Assembly: GCA_010909165.1 (NCBI GenBank)
Contig: MU008219.1
Location: 124,001-188,000, forward strand
Direction: 5' to 3'
From: Anthoceros angustus
Taxonomy: Eukaryota; Plantae; Anthocerotophyta
Length of the DNA stretch: 64,000 nucleotides
Positions 61,531 through 64,000 of this stretch are shown here, in pieces; position 1 is the first letter of the stretch; every line of letters starts with the position of its first letter. A program made the position numbers and the translations under genes. The notes beneath the pieces were generated by a model. It was not told the origin of the DNA and did no database searches. It worked only from the letters and a program-made list of their open reading frames with translations.

Positions 61531-64000
61531 GACCCTTCCAGCGTTTGCCACCGCCCTGTGGTGGTCGGACCACTGGGTCCTGCCGGATTTCTTCCTGAAG
61601 CATCTCCGTCACTTCTCGGACCACATCCGGTGGGAACTGCGGTGTTGCCTTGGGTGAGTCCGCTTCTCCTGACATTTCCGGGGTTTTGGCTGCTTCTTCT
61701 GGCAGAGCTGCCCGATTTAACTCGTCCTCCTTGGCTGGGACGGCCTCCTTCGCAGGTGTCCCGTCCTCCGTATCCGTTGGGCTATCCCCATTTTTCTTCC
61801 TCTTAAACTGTCTCCTTTCGCTCCTTTCGGCCTGTTGACACTTCCAAGACTCCAGTCCGCCTTCTCCTCCTTAGCCGAACTTGCTTGCACCACTGCCCAA
61901 GTTCCTTCCCACTCCGCCAACCGGCGCCTTCAATCAGCACGGGCGCCTTAGGGAGGAGGCGAGGCGGTCGCGGCTCGCTGGGCGAGCGCACCGTCCCGAG
62001 CGAGGTTCGGACACAAGGTACCGCCCGCCATGTGCCCCCCGCCACAACTTCCACACAGCGCTCAAAGTCCCGTTGCCTTGCCGAGTGGGGTATGGACACG
62101 CTGGAGTAGTGCCCGGGTTCCATGGCCAGCAGCACCACCGCCCGAGAATTCGGGGGCTCCCATGCGTCAGACGGAGGTCGATGCAGACGGACCAATGTGG
62201 GTACATCGTCCCGGGATACCCCCGTGGTGCTTCTTGCACTTGGTATGCATCCTCCCACCTCGACTCTTCCCGTAGTCATACTCCACAGTTCACGGGTCCG
62301 AGGCGCTGGAATGCCCATGTTGGTGACACACCGCACACCATGATGAGTCCGGACCGTGGTGGCCGCCTTACGCCGTTCTTTATCCTTCACGGTTGATCGT
62401 CAACTCCTCCACCCTCTTCATTACCCGTTCTAGATCTTCCCCTCACCCCGCTTCCTTCAAAGGAGCTGGGTCGGTGGACCTCTCGCACTGCAAGTGCATC
62501 ATGACCTCCTTCTTTTCCACCCTCACGACTACGGGCTTCTTCTTCTTATTTTTGGCGGGGTTCTTCTTCTTCCATGACATCCTCGGATTCTTCTTGAGTC
62601 CTCTTCCTCTTCCTCCGATGCTACCCTGCCTCATCATCCTCTTCCGAGGGTTCTTCATCTTGATCCGACCCCGTTTCTTCTTCTTCTTCTTCTTCCTCCC
62701 GAGGCGCCCTCGCCGCTGGTGCATCGATTCTTCATAGTTCTCCGCCGCCCGGACCGCCTTGCTCACATCCTTCTCTGCCAACAGCAGCACGTGCTTAGCC
62801 ATTGGCTTGGATAAGCCAGCTGCGAACCAACGTACCGCCTGCATGGTAGTGTGAGTGGGGTGCCGGTCCCGCAGCGCGTAGAACCGTTCGATGTACGATC
62901 CCAACTTCTCCGTCTTGCCTCGCTTCAGGTTCTCGAGTTTGGACAAGACGTAGCCTTCTTGATCGATTCCACGGAATCTTTCTAAGAAGGCATCCTTCAA
63001 TGCTTCGAAGGTTGCGGGGTGCGCTCGGTATTTCTCCGACCACCAACACCGCTCGCAGACCCTTGGAACCGAATGAGCCGCGATCCGAACCTTCTCCGTT
63101 GAAGTTTGCCCGCGACACGAAATCCTCCACGAAGGTTTCAGCGTCTCTCTCCTTCTTACCTCCAAAGAGGGAATACGCTTGCTTGGTCGACGTTGTTGCC
63201 ATTGCCGCGATCGGCAAGGGTTGAGGAACCGCCCCCCTTACCACCGCCTGACTTGGTGCTGCTTCCTCCTCTCGATCCGACAACTCCACCACGCCACCGT
63301 TGGTGTGACTCGCCGAGCTCGTCGTCTCTCACGTGCTGCGCTCGGGCGCTCGGGCGATCTGGCGTCCGACTCTCGAATTGCCCTTAACTACCTCACGCCC
63401 TCCACGCATCCACGCTTGCTGAGCGATTTCATTCCCAACAGCGCCAAAATGTGGCGCGACGGCCGACGGCCACCGCACAATCCGTGTCGTTGTAGGAAGG
63501 AGTCCGCTCAAGGGAATGACAGTCTGCTTGCGCTTCAGCGATTCTCGTCTTACTTTGCGTCTGCTCGCCCAACGCACACTATGCCTCACGTTTAACTACT
63601 CGCGCTCACCGCAGCCCGTGTGGCTAAACGCTTAAGGACCCGTTCGCGTCCGTATCGTTCCGTTCGTTCTCACACCTCGTCCGTTCCTCTCTCCTCACAC
63701 TACACTTATCGGTCTTAGGAAAGACGCTGGTTACATGCCCGACCTCCTCCGCTGCTCCACTGGCCTCCGTCCGGCTCAGACGCCTCCGAGTCCCTCCCAC
63801 GTCCGCTCGGCCCGGGCTGCTCGACGAGCACGGGTCCCAGTCACCCTTCCCCGCACACACCACAACACGTTAGGTCCGTCACGGGACCACGATCAATCTC
63901 TCCGAGTCGCCGTGCTCGCCTGACTCAGACTCACGTTAGCAAGAAGACACACAAGGTCTCGAAGATCAACACCAAGAGAAGATGATTTATTCAGGCAGCC
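61250..64000 (-). mobile_element. Decayed Ty3/gypsy-type LTR retrotransposon: 5' LTR (63450 to beyond the window), PBS and frameshifted gag
   Basis: On the minus strand the LTR end ...GCCACA is followed by TTT and PBS TGGCGCTGTTGGGAAT (63446-63431). Gag fragments: FGGKKERDAETFVEDF, WW....TFEALKDAFLERF...KLENLKRGKTEKLGSYIERF..WFAAGL. No pol was detected. Confidence 0.8.

Overview
Eukaryotic nuclear DNA from a land plant with compact genes, short GT-AG introns (about 60-280 nt) and GC-rich exons. This style suggests a Selaginella-like lycophyte (inference only). Bases 3.6-28 kb are gene-dense: a divergent secreted jacalin-like lectin, STE24/FACE1 CAAX protease, a JTB-like membrane protein, a membrane-anchored LysM protein, RPL32, a nuclear-encoded group II intron maturase with a dead RT active site, SAM50, a double-domain trihelix factor, a MES/SABP2-type methylesterase and an EXORDIUM/PHI-1 protein. 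Bases 29-64 kb are rich in TEs and duplications. They include a TIR/TA-flanked pogo/mariner-like remnant, an LRR pseudogene, and a three-unit GT14-like/DUF266 glycosyltransferase array with one intact copy and one copy split by a Copia element. They also hold a foldback MITE beside tRNA-Pro(AGG), an intact SABATH methyltransferase and a decayed Ty3/gypsy element. No CRISPR array or other prokaryotic system is present. The best candidates for novelty are the maturase, the LysM anchor protein, the secreted jacalin with its MiAMP1-like neighbour, the MES+SABATH pair and a 20-copy 23-bp TATA-box minisatellite. Family assignments come from motif recognition by eye, not from database searches.
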